64,000 bases of DNA from NCBI GenBank assembly GCA_029940695.1, contig JAPYUP010000005.1:1120-65119 (forward strand). Reading direction: 5' to 3'. This stretch comes from Candidatus Thalassarchaeaceae archaeon. Its GTDB lineage: Archaea; Thermoplasmatota; Poseidoniia; Poseidoniales; Thalassarchaeaceae. The position numbers and the translations under genes are program-made. The notes under the pieces were generated by a model. The model did no database searches, was not told the DNA's origin, and saw only the letters and a program-made list of their open reading frames with translations. Below, piece by piece: positions 11,207 to 19,892 of this stretch. Numbering within the stretch: the stretch's first letter is position 1; each line of letters begins with the position of its first letter.

Positions 11207-13482
11207 CACCCGCTCACCCCCCAAGCCAGAGCGAAGATTGAGAGTGCACCGACCGCGGTCATCAGTATGTAGTCGCGGGCCCTTCCAGTTGTCACCTTGC
11301 GAATCTGGATGGATCCAAGCACGGAGTTGGACTCAACCTGCTTGACCAACCCGTCTACGACGTTCTTGTCGAACCAGGCGGCGAAGGCGGCGAAGGGGAT
11401 CGCTGTCTTGGCGAGAATCCATTCGTAGAGGTCGTCGAAGTAAAGCCGGTTCTGTAGCGCCTCCGATAGGCTGGACTCCGCTATCTCGGATACGTCCTGC
11501 GAGCCGAATTTGTCAGAGAGGGAGACCAGCCAAGCGACCATCGGGTTGGACTTCTCGCCCTCTGCGAGCCTGCCACCATGAATACGGGCAGCATAGATTG
11601 GTCCAATGACCAGTGAGAGGAAGATGGTGGTCCAGCCTACCAGCCTGAGGTTCGTGTCAGAAGGCAGGAATGCGTGCTCGAGCGTCTCGAGAACCCCATG
11701 TAGCGCCAAGTGGTCCTTCTCGGCCGAGAGGAAGTCGACGACGCCCATTACAGACAGAAGGAAGCCGCCTAGGGCGCTGATTACAGTCAGGATAATGAGT
11801 GGTTCCTTGATCCAGGGCGTGGCCTCGTGAACATGCTTTGCGGCCTCGTGCTTTGGCTTACCGGCGAAGGTCATGAACCACATCCGAGACATGTAGAAGC
11901 CAGTCATACCTGCTGTCAGTAGGATCAGTAGAGCAGGGCCGAACATCAGTGGCTCCGCCTCGAGGCAGGCCTTCCACGTCTCAGCGATGATACCCTCCTT
12001 CGACCAGAACCCGCCTATGAGCGGGATGCCGATTATCGACATGGACCCGAACATCATCGCAGTGGCCGTGACCGGCATCTTCGATGCGAGACCGCCCATG
12101 TTGCGCATATCCTGGTGGTCGAAGTCGTCGTGACCGCGGTCCGCCCCATGGTGCAGGTGCTCGTGCGCGTGGTGGACCTCGTGGATGACCGAGCCGCTGG
12201 CCATGAACAGCATCCCCTTGGCCATGGCGTGATTGAAAAGGTGGAACATCGATGCCCCGAACACGAAAGCAGCGGCGTGGTGATCGCCGTGGCTGTAGAA
12301 CCAGAGGGCGGAACCGAGACCGGTGAAGATGTAGGCAAGTTGGCTCATAGTTGAGTAGGCCAAGACCTTCTTGATGTCGTTCTGCACGAACGCTATCGAG
12401 GCCGCCATGAAGGCGGTGATGCCACCCACCCAGGCGACTATCAGCCCGAATTCCTCGAGTCCAGCAACGCCATGGTGGCTTACGTCGACGAAGGGCACCA
12501 TGCGGGCGACGAGATAGAGGCCGGCGTTCACCATGGTCGCCGCGTGAATGAGCGCGGACACGGGCGTAGGGCCCTCCATGGCGTCTGGCAGCCAGACGTG
12601 GAGCGGGAACTGGGCAGACTTGCCTATGGCACCGATGAATAGCATCATGAGAGCCCAGAATAGCTGTCCAGAGTCTACTACAGCGCCACCGACCCCAGTG
12701 GACGGGTCATCGAAGACCACGGAGAACTCGAGCGAGCCGTAGATGTCGTAGAGAATTAGCAGCCCGACCATCAGAAACACATCGCCAACACGGGTGGTCA
12801 GGAAGGCCTTCTTGGCGGCGTATGCCGCGCTCTCCTTCCAGAAGTAGAACCCTATCAGAAGGTAGGAGCATAGTCCCATGATCTCCCAGAAGACGAACAG
12901 CCACAGGAAGTTGTCAGCGAGCACCATCCCGAACATGCCTAGAGCGAACAACACGAACTCGCTGTAGAACCGGTGGTTTCGGTTCTCGTTGATCTGGTCG
13001 GTGTTCATGTAGCCCAAGCTGAACCAACAAATCAGGAAGCACAGAAAGGTGGCCACGAACAGCAGCATCAGGGTGACGGAGTCGATCCACACGCCCATCC
13101 CAAGCACCCTCGTCTCGGTCATGGTGTAGTCCGACTGCATGACCTCGAAGGAAATCCAATCGAACCAGGTCGCAACGCTGTCGTGCTCGAAGTGAGCGGC
13201 CTCGGTCAGGTAATCGAACATTATCCAGAGAGCCACAGTGAGGGAGATTAGCAGAGAGCCGAGCCCGATGATGCCTCCTTCCTTCAGATTATTCTTCCAA
13301 GTCTCGTTGCCGTTGTAGGCCTGCCCGACGATCAAGATTACTGGGAAGGCGAGGAAGGGGGCCAGCACAATCAGGAACGTCGCCTCGTGCGACTCCATCC
13401 CCAGTAGGGACAGCACTGGCACGACCAGAAGTGCTGGAACCATAGGTAGGAGAAGGTTGTACTCATTTCCAGACTCCGCCAT
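11206..13482 (-). CDS. nuoL: NADH-quinone oxidoreductase subunit L (long form, 758 aa)
   Basis: Antiporter-like core plus a long C-terminal region. ATG start at 13480-13482. Confidence 0.8.
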   Translation of the reverse strand: MAESGNEYNLLLPMVPALLVVPVLSLLGMESHEATFLIVLAPFLAFPVILIVGQAYNGNETWKNNLKEGGIIGLGSLLISLTVALWIMFDYLTEAAHFEHDSVATWFDWISFEVMQSDYTMTETRVLGMGVWIDSVTLMLLFVATFLCFLICWFSLGYMNTDQINENRNHRFYSEFVLFALGMFGMVLADNFLWLFVFWEIMGLCSYLLIGFYFWKESAAYAAKKAFLTTRVGDVFLMVGLLILYDIYGSLEFSVVFDDPSTGVGGAVVDSGQLFWALMMLFIGAIGKSAQFPLHVWLPDAMEGPTPVSALIHAATMVNAGLYLVARMVPFVDVSHHGVAGLEEFGLIVAWVGGITAFMAASIAFVQNDIKKVLAYSTMSQLAYIFTGLGSALWFYSHGDHHAAAFVFGASMFHLFNHAMAKGMLFMASGSVIHEVHHAHEHLHHGADRGHDDFDHQDMRNMGGLASKMPVTATAMMFGSMSIIGIPLIGGFWSKEGIIAETWKACLEAEPLMFGPALLILLTAGMTGFYMSRMWFMTFAGKPKHEAAKHVHEATPWIKEPLIILTVISALGGFLLSVMGVVDFLSAEKDHLALHGVLETLEHAFLPSDTNLRLVGWTTIFLSLVIGPIYAARIHGGRLAEGEKSNPMVAWLVSLSDKFGSQDVSEIAESSLSEALQNRLYFDDLYEWILAKTAIPFAAFAAWFDKNVVDGLVKQVESNSVLGSIQIRKVTTGRARDYILMTAVGALSIFALAWGVSG

Positions 13483-13490
13483 CCTACCAC

Positions 13491-13796
13491 CTAGTTCCTC
13501 AGTTTGCTCGCACGTTCATCGAGGAAGATTGTCTGCTGTGTGCTGTACATCGACAGTAGGATGGCCAGTCCGATGGCCACCTCTGCTGCAGCGATCGCGA
13601 TTGCAATGGCGGTGAAGACCCATCCGCTTACGTCACCGTAGTGGGCGGCGGCAGCCACGAAGTTCAGGTTGGCTGCATTGAGCATCAGCTCGATGCACAT
13701 CAGCACCACGATTGCGTTCTTGTGGTAGAAGGTCCCGAGGAGGCCTATGCCAAACAGAATGACGCCCAGTCCAGCTATCCAGCTGGGATCGATCAT
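13491..13796 (-). CDS. nuoK: NADH-quinone oxidoreductase subunit K
   Basis: 101 aa with three TM helices, as typical for NuoK. Confidence 0.8.
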   Translation of the reverse strand: MIDPSWIAGLGVILFGIGLLGTFYHKNAIVVLMCIELMLNAANLNFVAAAAHYGDVSGWVFTAIAIAIAAAEVAIGLAILLSMYSTQQTIFLDERASKLRN

Positions 13797-14059
13797 TCCT
13801 CCTCACCTCCGATGTCCCATAGCAGATTGGTCAGGCGCTCGTCGCGCACGAGGTAGGATGCGCCGATCATGGCCATGGCGAGTAGTCCGCCGAGAACCAC
13901 AGTTGCGACGGACCAGTCGTTGAAGAGGGCGTTCGCGAACTCTATGGTTGTAGGTGCCTCTCCGGTCTCGTCCCACATGGGATGCTCCATCACTTCCCTA
14001 AGCAGAATCAGGATGAAGGCGAAGATACCTATCCCGGCCATCGCCGAAAGCGCCCTCAT
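13793..14059 (-). CDS. nuoJ: NADH-quinone oxidoreductase subunit J, C-terminal half (split gene, J2)
   Basis: 88-aa membrane protein immediately after J1. The ATGA start/stop overlap at 14057-14061 indicates translational coupling rather than a frameshift. Confidence 0.65.
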   Translation of the reverse strand: MRALSAMAGIGIFAFILILLREVMEHPMWDETGEAPTTIEFANALFNDWSVATVVLGGLLAMAMIGASYLVRDERLTNLLWDIGGEEE

Positions 14060-14325
14060 CAGACCTCAACATCCTGTATTCTTCTACGAGTGAGCATGAC
14101 ACCGAACTGAACGACAATCATCACTGATCCTAGGTAAACGAGAATCTGAACAGCGGCCAACATCTCGGCACTGGCCATCAAGAAGACGGCAGCCACGGCA
14201 GTGAAGGTAAGCATTAGACATAGCAGCGAGTGCGCGACCCTTCTGGCAAACACACAGCCAATCGCGCCTGCAATCGCGGAGCCCGCGACGATGACGAATA
14301 CGACAGCCTCAAAGTCAATGGGCAC
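14059..14325 (-). CDS. nuoJ: NADH-quinone oxidoreductase subunit J, N-terminal half (J1)
   Basis: 88 aa with three TM helices (VFVIVAGSAIAGAIG...). Located between nuoI and nuoJ2. Confidence 0.65.
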   Translation of the reverse strand: MPIDFEAVVFVIVAGSAIAGAIGCVFARRVAHSLLCLMLTFTAVAAVFLMASAEMLAAVQILVYLGSVMIVVQFGVMLTRRRIQDVEV

Positions 14326-14329
14326 TGAA

Positions 14330-15292
14330 TCAAGCCCCCGTCCTAGCCGCCTTCTTGGCCCGCCTCTCCTTCTTCTCCTTCTCCTTCTGCGCGCGCTTGG
14401 CGAGCTCCATGTCCACCCTCTCTTGGTGGACGGCTGGCATCACCCTGGTTCTATCAGCATCCATCCAGAGTTCCTCTCTCGAGAAGCCCGACATGCCGTC
14501 GTACTCGTTGGTCATGAAGAAGGACTCGAACGGGCAGGCCTCCATGCAGAGGCCGCAGAACATGCATCTGCCCAAATCAATACGACCCGAGACGATGTCC
14601 TGCTCCGCGGGTTTCAACGAATCGAGGTCGACGTCCTCGATTCCGGATCCGTCCGACCAGCGCACGGTAGCGATGTCGCCGGTGATGTCTATGACTTCGG
14701 CGAAGTCGTACTGCTGCGGAGCGATGCCATGGTCTTTGACGAGATCGAAGCCATTTGCGATTTCGTCGAAATCTTCCTTCGTCCTGGCTGCGTAGGTCCC
14801 TGCCTCGACCTCGCTACCGTAACCGTGCCACTCGTGAGTGTCGTCCATGGTGTCGAGGACGTCAACTTTGACCTCAGAGGTCATGTGGAGGCAGTCGTTG
14901 GGGCATATCTTTACGCATGCCTTGCATGCGGTGCAGGTCTCCCAGATGATGCCTATCCTGCCGTTGTAGTTACCGGGCACGAACAGCCAGGGCTCGAGGT
15001 CCTCGAGCCTCTCGTAGGGATACATCACCGTGACTGGCCTCTCCATGAAGGGCATGATTTGGCTCGTCTCGCGGTCAGCCGAGAATTTCTGGTAGGCGCT
15101 GGGGTGTTCCTCGCCGACCCTTCTCCTAGTCTCTGGGTCGACCATCTGGGCAGTCTGTCCGTGGTAGTCGTTTTTCAGAATCCTGAGTTTCCCTAGGAAT
15201 GGAACGGTTCGCAGCGCCGTCTTCATCGTAATCCACATTGGTCGCACAACGAGGTTGCGGAAGCTCGGGGTTCCATGGGGGTGGTAGCTCAT
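14330..15292 (-). CDS. nuoI: NADH-quinone oxidoreductase subunit I (2x[4Fe-4S]) with large lineage-specific insertions
   Basis: Two CxxCxxCxxxCP motifs (CTACKACVKICP and CMFCGLCMEACP) separated by about 110 aa, against about 30 aa normally. About 120 aa precede the first motif, and the C-terminus carries a KEKEKKERRAKK tail. Confidence 0.8.
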   Translation of the reverse strand: MSYHPHGTPSFRNLVVRPMWITMKTALRTVPFLGKLRILKNDYHGQTAQMVDPETRRRVGEEHPSAYQKFSADRETSQIMPFMERPVTVMYPYERLEDLEPWLFVPGNYNGRIGIIWETCTACKACVKICPNDCLHMTSEVKVDVLDTMDDTHEWHGYGSEVEAGTYAARTKEDFDEIANGFDLVKDHGIAPQQYDFAEVIDITGDIATVRWSDGSGIEDVDLDSLKPAEQDIVSGRIDLGRCMFCGLCMEACPFESFFMTNEYDGMSGFSREELWMDADRTRVMPAVHQERVDMELAKRAQKEKEKKERRAKKAARTGA

Positions 15293-16920
15293 GAGCGCGC
15301 CTCCGAGTCCCTATGGCTTCCGGGTGAGGCCTTCACTGGGTCCCGCCCGGGGATGTAGGTGCTGTACGGTCGGCGCATGGTCTCTAGGGCCTCCTTGTCC
15401 TCGTCAAGGACGAGTATGGCAAAGCCTACCACGCCCATCAGCATCATTACAATCGGGGCGACGAGTCCCCAGCCGCTGTCCCAAATCCAAAAGAAGCCCC
15501 AGCCGCTGTCCCAAACCCAGACCCTGAGGAAGATGGCGAGGGCCAGATTGACGATTGAGAGAGGGAGGAGCCATCGCCATCCGAACTCCAGTATCTGGTC
15601 TGAGCGTACCCTGTGCAGGGAAGCGCGAATCCAGACGAAGACGGCGAACAACAGCCAAGCCTTCCCCAGCACCCACACGATTCCCGGGATGATTGAGAAT
15701 AGAGTCCCTAGGGCCCCGCCGACTAAGGGCATAGATTCCAGGCTGCCTTGGAATGGAGCCTCCCAGCCTCCTAGGAAGAACAGGGCGAAGAGGAGGCACG
15801 CTGCGAACGATCGCATGTACTCGGCCATGAACATGAAGCCCCAGCGTAGGCCGCCGTACTCGGTCCACCATCCCTCGACTAGCTCGGCCTCGGCCTCGGG
15901 CATGTCGAAGGGGATGCGTTCTACCTCAGCAATCATAGTGATTAGGAACAGTACAGCGCCCAGTGGCATCATGAATACGTTCCAGATATCGCCCTCGCTA
16001 ATCTGGAAGTCCACGATCTCGATGATGTTGAAGGAGCCACTGAGCACGCAGACGCCGAGCACGGTAATCAGCAGAGGGATCTCGTAGGCGGTGAGTTGGG
16101 CCGCGGAGCGCATTCCTCCGATGAGGGTGTACTTGTTGTTGGACGACCAGCCGGCGAAGAAGACCCCTAGAGGGGCAACCCCGAAGACAGCCATCATAAA
16201 GATCGTCGAGAGCTCGGGGCTGGCGATGTAGAAGTGAGGCCCGAAGGGGATGAAAGCGAACACCAAGACAGTCGTGGAGATGATAATCACGGGGGCTACT
16301 TCAAAGACGATCTTGTCGGCGTTCTTCGGTACGATGTGTTCCTTGCCTGCGAACTTCGTGAAGTCCGCGAAGGCCTGGAAGAATCCCGGGAGAAGGAACC
16401 AGTAGCCGTGGTAGCTCCGGTTGTTGACTCTGGAGACCGTCTCCAGAGGGTGGTCATTACCCCAAATCGAGTTGAGCAGCCTGTTGCCCCACCCTATGGG
16501 TGCGCCCATGCCGAACGGAAGCTGGTTCCACCACTCTCCGGCCGTCACGCCACTCTCACCGACCCATAGGCTGCGGAGGGTGGTCGTGGCACCGAGCCTG
16601 TCCATCAGGCGCCCGATGAACTTCCGCTCGATGTAGGGAATCGGCAGCATGGTCATCATGACCGTGGTGAACACGATTGTGCAGACGATTGTAGCGTTGA
16701 AGAACGCCTCCAAACCGGGCTGCATGGCTGCGAACTCCCTCTGGAGGTCGAAGATCGGACCGATGACGATGTCGTGTGGCCAAATTCCCCTTGGAAGTGA
16801 GATGGTCGCCTGCAAATCGATGTCCCCGGACGGCAGAGTGTCATGTAATCCATCCATCGACCAACCAACGAACCTCTCAACCCACCCCCTAAGGTCCAGC
16901 CAGTCGCTGCTCGGCATCAT
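15289..16920 (-). CDS. nuoH: NADH-quinone oxidoreductase subunit H (543 aa, with N- and C-terminal extensions)
   Basis: NuoH core (quinone-site loops, EYGGLRWGFMFMAEY). The extra C-terminal TM region contains the repeated WDSGWG motif. Confidence 0.8.
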   Translation of the reverse strand: MMPSSDWLDLRGWVERFVGWSMDGLHDTLPSGDIDLQATISLPRGIWPHDIVIGPIFDLQREFAAMQPGLEAFFNATIVCTIVFTTVMMTMLPIPYIERKFIGRLMDRLGATTTLRSLWVGESGVTAGEWWNQLPFGMGAPIGWGNRLLNSIWGNDHPLETVSRVNNRSYHGYWFLLPGFFQAFADFTKFAGKEHIVPKNADKIVFEVAPVIIISTTVLVFAFIPFGPHFYIASPELSTIFMMAVFGVAPLGVFFAGWSSNNKYTLIGGMRSAAQLTAYEIPLLITVLGVCVLSGSFNIIEIVDFQISEGDIWNVFMMPLGAVLFLITMIAEVERIPFDMPEAEAELVEGWWTEYGGLRWGFMFMAEYMRSFAACLLFALFFLGGWEAPFQGSLESMPLVGGALGTLFSIIPGIVWVLGKAWLLFAVFVWIRASLHRVRSDQILEFGWRWLLPLSIVNLALAIFLRVWVWDSGWGFFWIWDSGWGLVAPIVMMLMGVVGFAILVLDEDKEALETMRRPYSTYIPGRDPVKASPGSHRDSEARS

Positions 16921-16921
16921 A

Positions 16922-18058
16922 TCACCTATCCGTCTCCCCTATGCACGGGTCAAACGAGCCCATGATGGCCGGGATGTCTGCAACCTTGTAACCGATCATG
17001 CATTTGGATGCATATGGGATGGTCAGAAACATCGGCGAGCGGATGGATACGCGGTACGGCTGTTTGCCGCGAGCCTCACCGCCCCCTACAAGGTAGAACA
17101 TCGACTCGCCGCGGCTGTCCTCAAAGTGGTGGAAGCCAGAGGTGCCTTCGGGTGCCCTACTAGGTGCCTTCGCTAATATTGCGGGGTCGCCAGGCTCGTG
17201 GTAGGTGTCGGCACCACGAGGAATCTTTTCCAGTGCCTCGAGGACCATTAGGGCGCTGATGCGCATCTCCTCGACTCTGACTCTGTACCTGTCGTAGCAA
17301 TCAGCCCCCTTGATCGACGGCCGCTCGACAGGCGGCTCCCAGTCTAGCTCACTGTAGACTGAATAAGGGTGGGCTCGACGAACGTCGTAATTCACGCCTC
17401 CAGCGCGGAGGTTCGGGCCAGAGACTCCGTGGTTGGCCATCTCTTCGGGCTTGGCGTACCCCACGCCTTGGGTTCTGATGAGGAAGATGGTGCTCTCGTC
17501 GAACAGAGCCTCGTACTCCTGAATCCTATCTAGGAAAAGGCTGACCTTGGCCCTGGCCCGCTGGGCGAAGCCGTGTGGAAGGTCGCGCTTGACGCCCCCC
17601 ACTCTGGGGAAGTTGTAGTGCATCCTCGAGCCACCCAATTCTTGGAGCAGATCCATCATCATCTCTCTCTCGCGTAGGCACCAGACCATGATGGACAGGT
17701 TGCCGATGTCGGGACCATAGGCACCCAACCACATCAGGTGGGATGCGATCCTCTGCAGTTCCACAGCGATGAGTCGGATGTACTCGGCACGTTCGGGAAC
17801 CTCGACTTCCAGCAGGTCCTCGACCGCGTAGATATAGGAGTGCGACCAGGTGTTGGCGCTGGCGTAGCACAACCGGTCACAGTAGGTGGTGAACTGGGTG
17901 AAATCTCGCGCCTCGCCTATCTTCTCGACGCCTCGGTGGATGTAGCCGAGGTCGGGCTCGGTGTCAATCACAGTCTCTCCATCGACCTTGACCTTGAGGG
18001 TCCACAGTCCGTGAGTCATGGGGTGCTGGGGGCCCATAGAAATCCACATTTCCGCCAA
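16922..18058 (-). CDS. nuoD: NADH-quinone oxidoreductase subunit D (49 kDa)
   Basis: 378 aa with NiFe-hydrogenase-like large subunit fold motifs. Not fused to NuoC. Confidence 0.85.
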   Translation of the reverse strand: MAEMWISMGPQHPMTHGLWTLKVKVDGETVIDTEPDLGYIHRGVEKIGEARDFTQFTTYCDRLCYASANTWSHSYIYAVEDLLEVEVPERAEYIRLIAVELQRIASHLMWLGAYGPDIGNLSIMVWCLREREMMMDLLQELGGSRMHYNFPRVGGVKRDLPHGFAQRARAKVSLFLDRIQEYEALFDESTIFLIRTQGVGYAKPEEMANHGVSGPNLRAGGVNYDVRRAHPYSVYSELDWEPPVERPSIKGADCYDRYRVRVEEMRISALMVLEALEKIPRGADTYHEPGDPAILAKAPSRAPEGTSGFHHFEDSRGESMFYLVGGGEARGKQPYRVSIRSPMFLTIPYASKCMIGYKVADIPAIMGSFDPCIGETDR

Positions 18059-18070
18059 TCTAACACCTCC

Positions 18071-18730
18071 TCACTTGATTTTGCCAGCGTCGGACGGCTT
18101 GCGCAGGAAGCCCTGCGCATCGTCGTACATCTCCTCGAAGTCGTGGTATCGCAGCCTGTGCTGCTTCTGGAGCGGATGGAAGCCGGGCGGCGTCTCGTGC
18201 GGCTGAAGGACCCTGCGCATTCCTACGTGGCCCTCGAAGTCGATGCCGACCAAGTCCCAGGTCTCCTTCTCATTCCAATCGGCGCCGACCCATATGTCCT
18301 GGACCGATGCCACGCAAGGCTCTCTGGTCTCGGGTAGGTTGACACGTACCTCAATCTCCAGCGGCACCCCGTTGCCCTTGACCTTCGTGGGGTCGATGAC
18401 GATGGGTTCGACCATGCCATCGATCACAGGAGGGTTCGACACTGCCATTCGCAGAAAGTGGTAGACGACCTCCCAGTTCTTCTCGGGACCCCCCTCCGGC
18501 CAATGAATACCCGTGATCATTGAGCAATAGTCCACTCCGTGGGTATTTCTGAGGCTCTCGGCCAAGCCACGCCACCGCTCAGGGTCGCAGCTTACAATAA
18601 CCACGTTCCGCGGGCTCGTGCCACTGTTTCTCTCGGCCACCTCGGCCGTTATGCCGTCCATCTCGGACACCGCAGCAGCCAAGCTCTCGGCAGCTGACCT
18701 CTGTGTAGTAGTAGAAACGACTTTGCCCAC
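18071..18730 (-). CDS. nuoC: NADH-quinone oxidoreductase subunit C (30 kDa)
   Basis: 219 aa carrying the NuoC signature region (VVYHFLRMAV..., GIDFEGH). Confidence 0.85.
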   Translation of the reverse strand: MGKVVSTTTQRSAAESLAAAVSEMDGITAEVAERNSGTSPRNVVIVSCDPERWRGLAESLRNTHGVDYCSMITGIHWPEGGPEKNWEVVYHFLRMAVSNPPVIDGMVEPIVIDPTKVKGNGVPLEIEVRVNLPETREPCVASVQDIWVGADWNEKETWDLVGIDFEGHVGMRRVLQPHETPPGFHPLQKQHRLRYHDFEEMYDDAQGFLRKPSDAGKIK

Positions 18731-18741
18731 GCTTGGCCCCC

Positions 18742-19338
18742 CTAGTCATCTCCGATGATAATCGGGTTCAGTGAGTCTGGCCTACCGTCATCTGGAAGAG
18801 CGCCGATACGGATAATCTTCTGCCGGAGCTTGTCGAAGCCGTCAATCAGGGCCTCAGGACGCGGCGGGCAGCCCGGGATGTAGACGTCGACGGGGATTAC
18901 GGTGTCGACTCCTTCGAGGATGTTGTAGGACTGGAAGTACGGGCCACCGGAGATTGCGCACTCGCCCATGGCTATGCACCACTTGGGCTCGGGCATCTGC
19001 TCCCAGAGCCTGATTATGGGGTCGGCGAACTTCTTGCTTATCGGACCGTTTACCAGAAGCACATCGCACTGTCGGGGGCTGGAGCGGAAGAAGACGCCGA
19101 AGCGCTCGGCATCGAACCTACTAGCACCCGCCGCTGCCATCTCAAGAGCGCAGCACTTGATTCCCAAGTGTAGGGGGAACAAAGATTTCCTCTGACTCCA
19201 GTTGAATACTCTGCCAGCGAGGACGCCGATGACGTCCTTGATTCGGCTTGCCTTCATCGCCTCTTCGGTGACATCGCCCACTGTGTCGACCAGCATCCTG
19301 CTGTTGAAGACCGAGTAGTTGTGCCCATCGTCTGCCAT
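18742..19338 (-). CDS. nuoB: NADH-quinone oxidoreductase subunit B (N2 cluster)
   Basis: CCALEMAAAG...CIAMGECAISGGPY...GCPPRP are the typical NuoB cysteine motifs. Confidence 0.9.
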   Translation of the reverse strand: MADDGHNYSVFNSRMLVDTVGDVTEEAMKASRIKDVIGVLAGRVFNWSQRKSLFPLHLGIKCCALEMAAAGASRFDAERFGVFFRSSPRQCDVLLVNGPISKKFADPIIRLWEQMPEPKWCIAMGECAISGGPYFQSYNILEGVDTVIPVDVYIPGCPPRPEALIDGFDKLRQKIIRIGALPDDGRPDSLNPIIIGDD

Positions 19339-19347
19339 CGCTTCACC

Positions 19348-19860
19348 TCAGATGTATATTCTGCCTCGCTTGCGGAAGACGTGCCAGACACCCAGCCCCA
19401 TTAGGAAAATGAAGACAGTCATCGTCAGCAGCGCGTCGATGACCTCGCTGTCCTTGAGCACTCCTCCCCCCTTCTGTATGGCCATGACACCGCCAAAGGC
19501 GAGGAACATGAACGCGATATCGAAGACGAGGAACACAATTGCGTACCAGTAGTACTGGAAGTGGAAGTTGATATCGGCTTCCCCCATAGGATCAGAGCCG
19601 CACTCGTATGTGCTATCGCGACGCAGGTACAGGCTCTGGTCGGTCTCGTACCCGGGTAGAAGAATAGATCTCATCTTAGTGCCGTCGGACCCCTTCTTAG
19701 TCGGCCTCAGAAAACGGGTTGCGATGAAACTGATTACCGGGAATCCAACGCCGACGAGGGTCATGACGGCAACGGGGAGGTACATCTCGGCAACTGTAGT
19801 CATCATATCACCATCGGTCCCGTAGGGACCGTCATGGACCGCCACGAAAAAACCGGACAT
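19348..19860 (-). CDS. nuoA: NADH-quinone oxidoreductase subunit A (170 aa, with about 20-aa loop insertion)
   Basis: Three TM helices with the YECG motif. Immediately followed by nuoB; start possibly at an internal Met. Confidence 0.75.
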   Translation of the reverse strand: MSGFFVAVHDGPYGTDGDMMTTVAEMYLPVAVMTLVGVGFPVISFIATRFLRPTKKGSDGTKMRSILLPGYETDQSLYLRRDSTYECGSDPMGEADINFHFQYYWYAIVFLVFDIAFMFLAFGGVMAIQKGGGVLKDSEVIDALLTMTVFIFLMGLGVWHVFRKRGRIYI

Positions 19861-19892
19861 AAGCGTATCCGAAGGTGGGTCTAGGACTCTGC

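Noticed and set aside
8149-13251. Numerous 60-180-aa ORFs on the plus strand inside nuoN/M/L (e.g. 8407..8940, 10047..10463, 12973..13251)
   Set aside because: These are shadow ORFs in high-GC membrane-protein genes. The minus-strand frames encode continuous antiporter-like subunits.
14057-14061. nuoJ frameshift/pseudogene hypothesis
   Set aside because: The junction is an ATGA stop/start overlap identical to other coupled gene junctions in the operon. Both halves are intact TM proteins of equal length, so a split gene is more parsimonious than a pseudogene.
14201-16087. Long plus-strand ORFs 14201..15196 (331 aa) and 15359..16087 (242 aa)
   Set aside because: They are antisense to nuoI and nuoH, which carry unmistakable motifs. 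The antisense ORFs are Pro/Arg/Ser-rich translations typical of GC-rich antisense frames.
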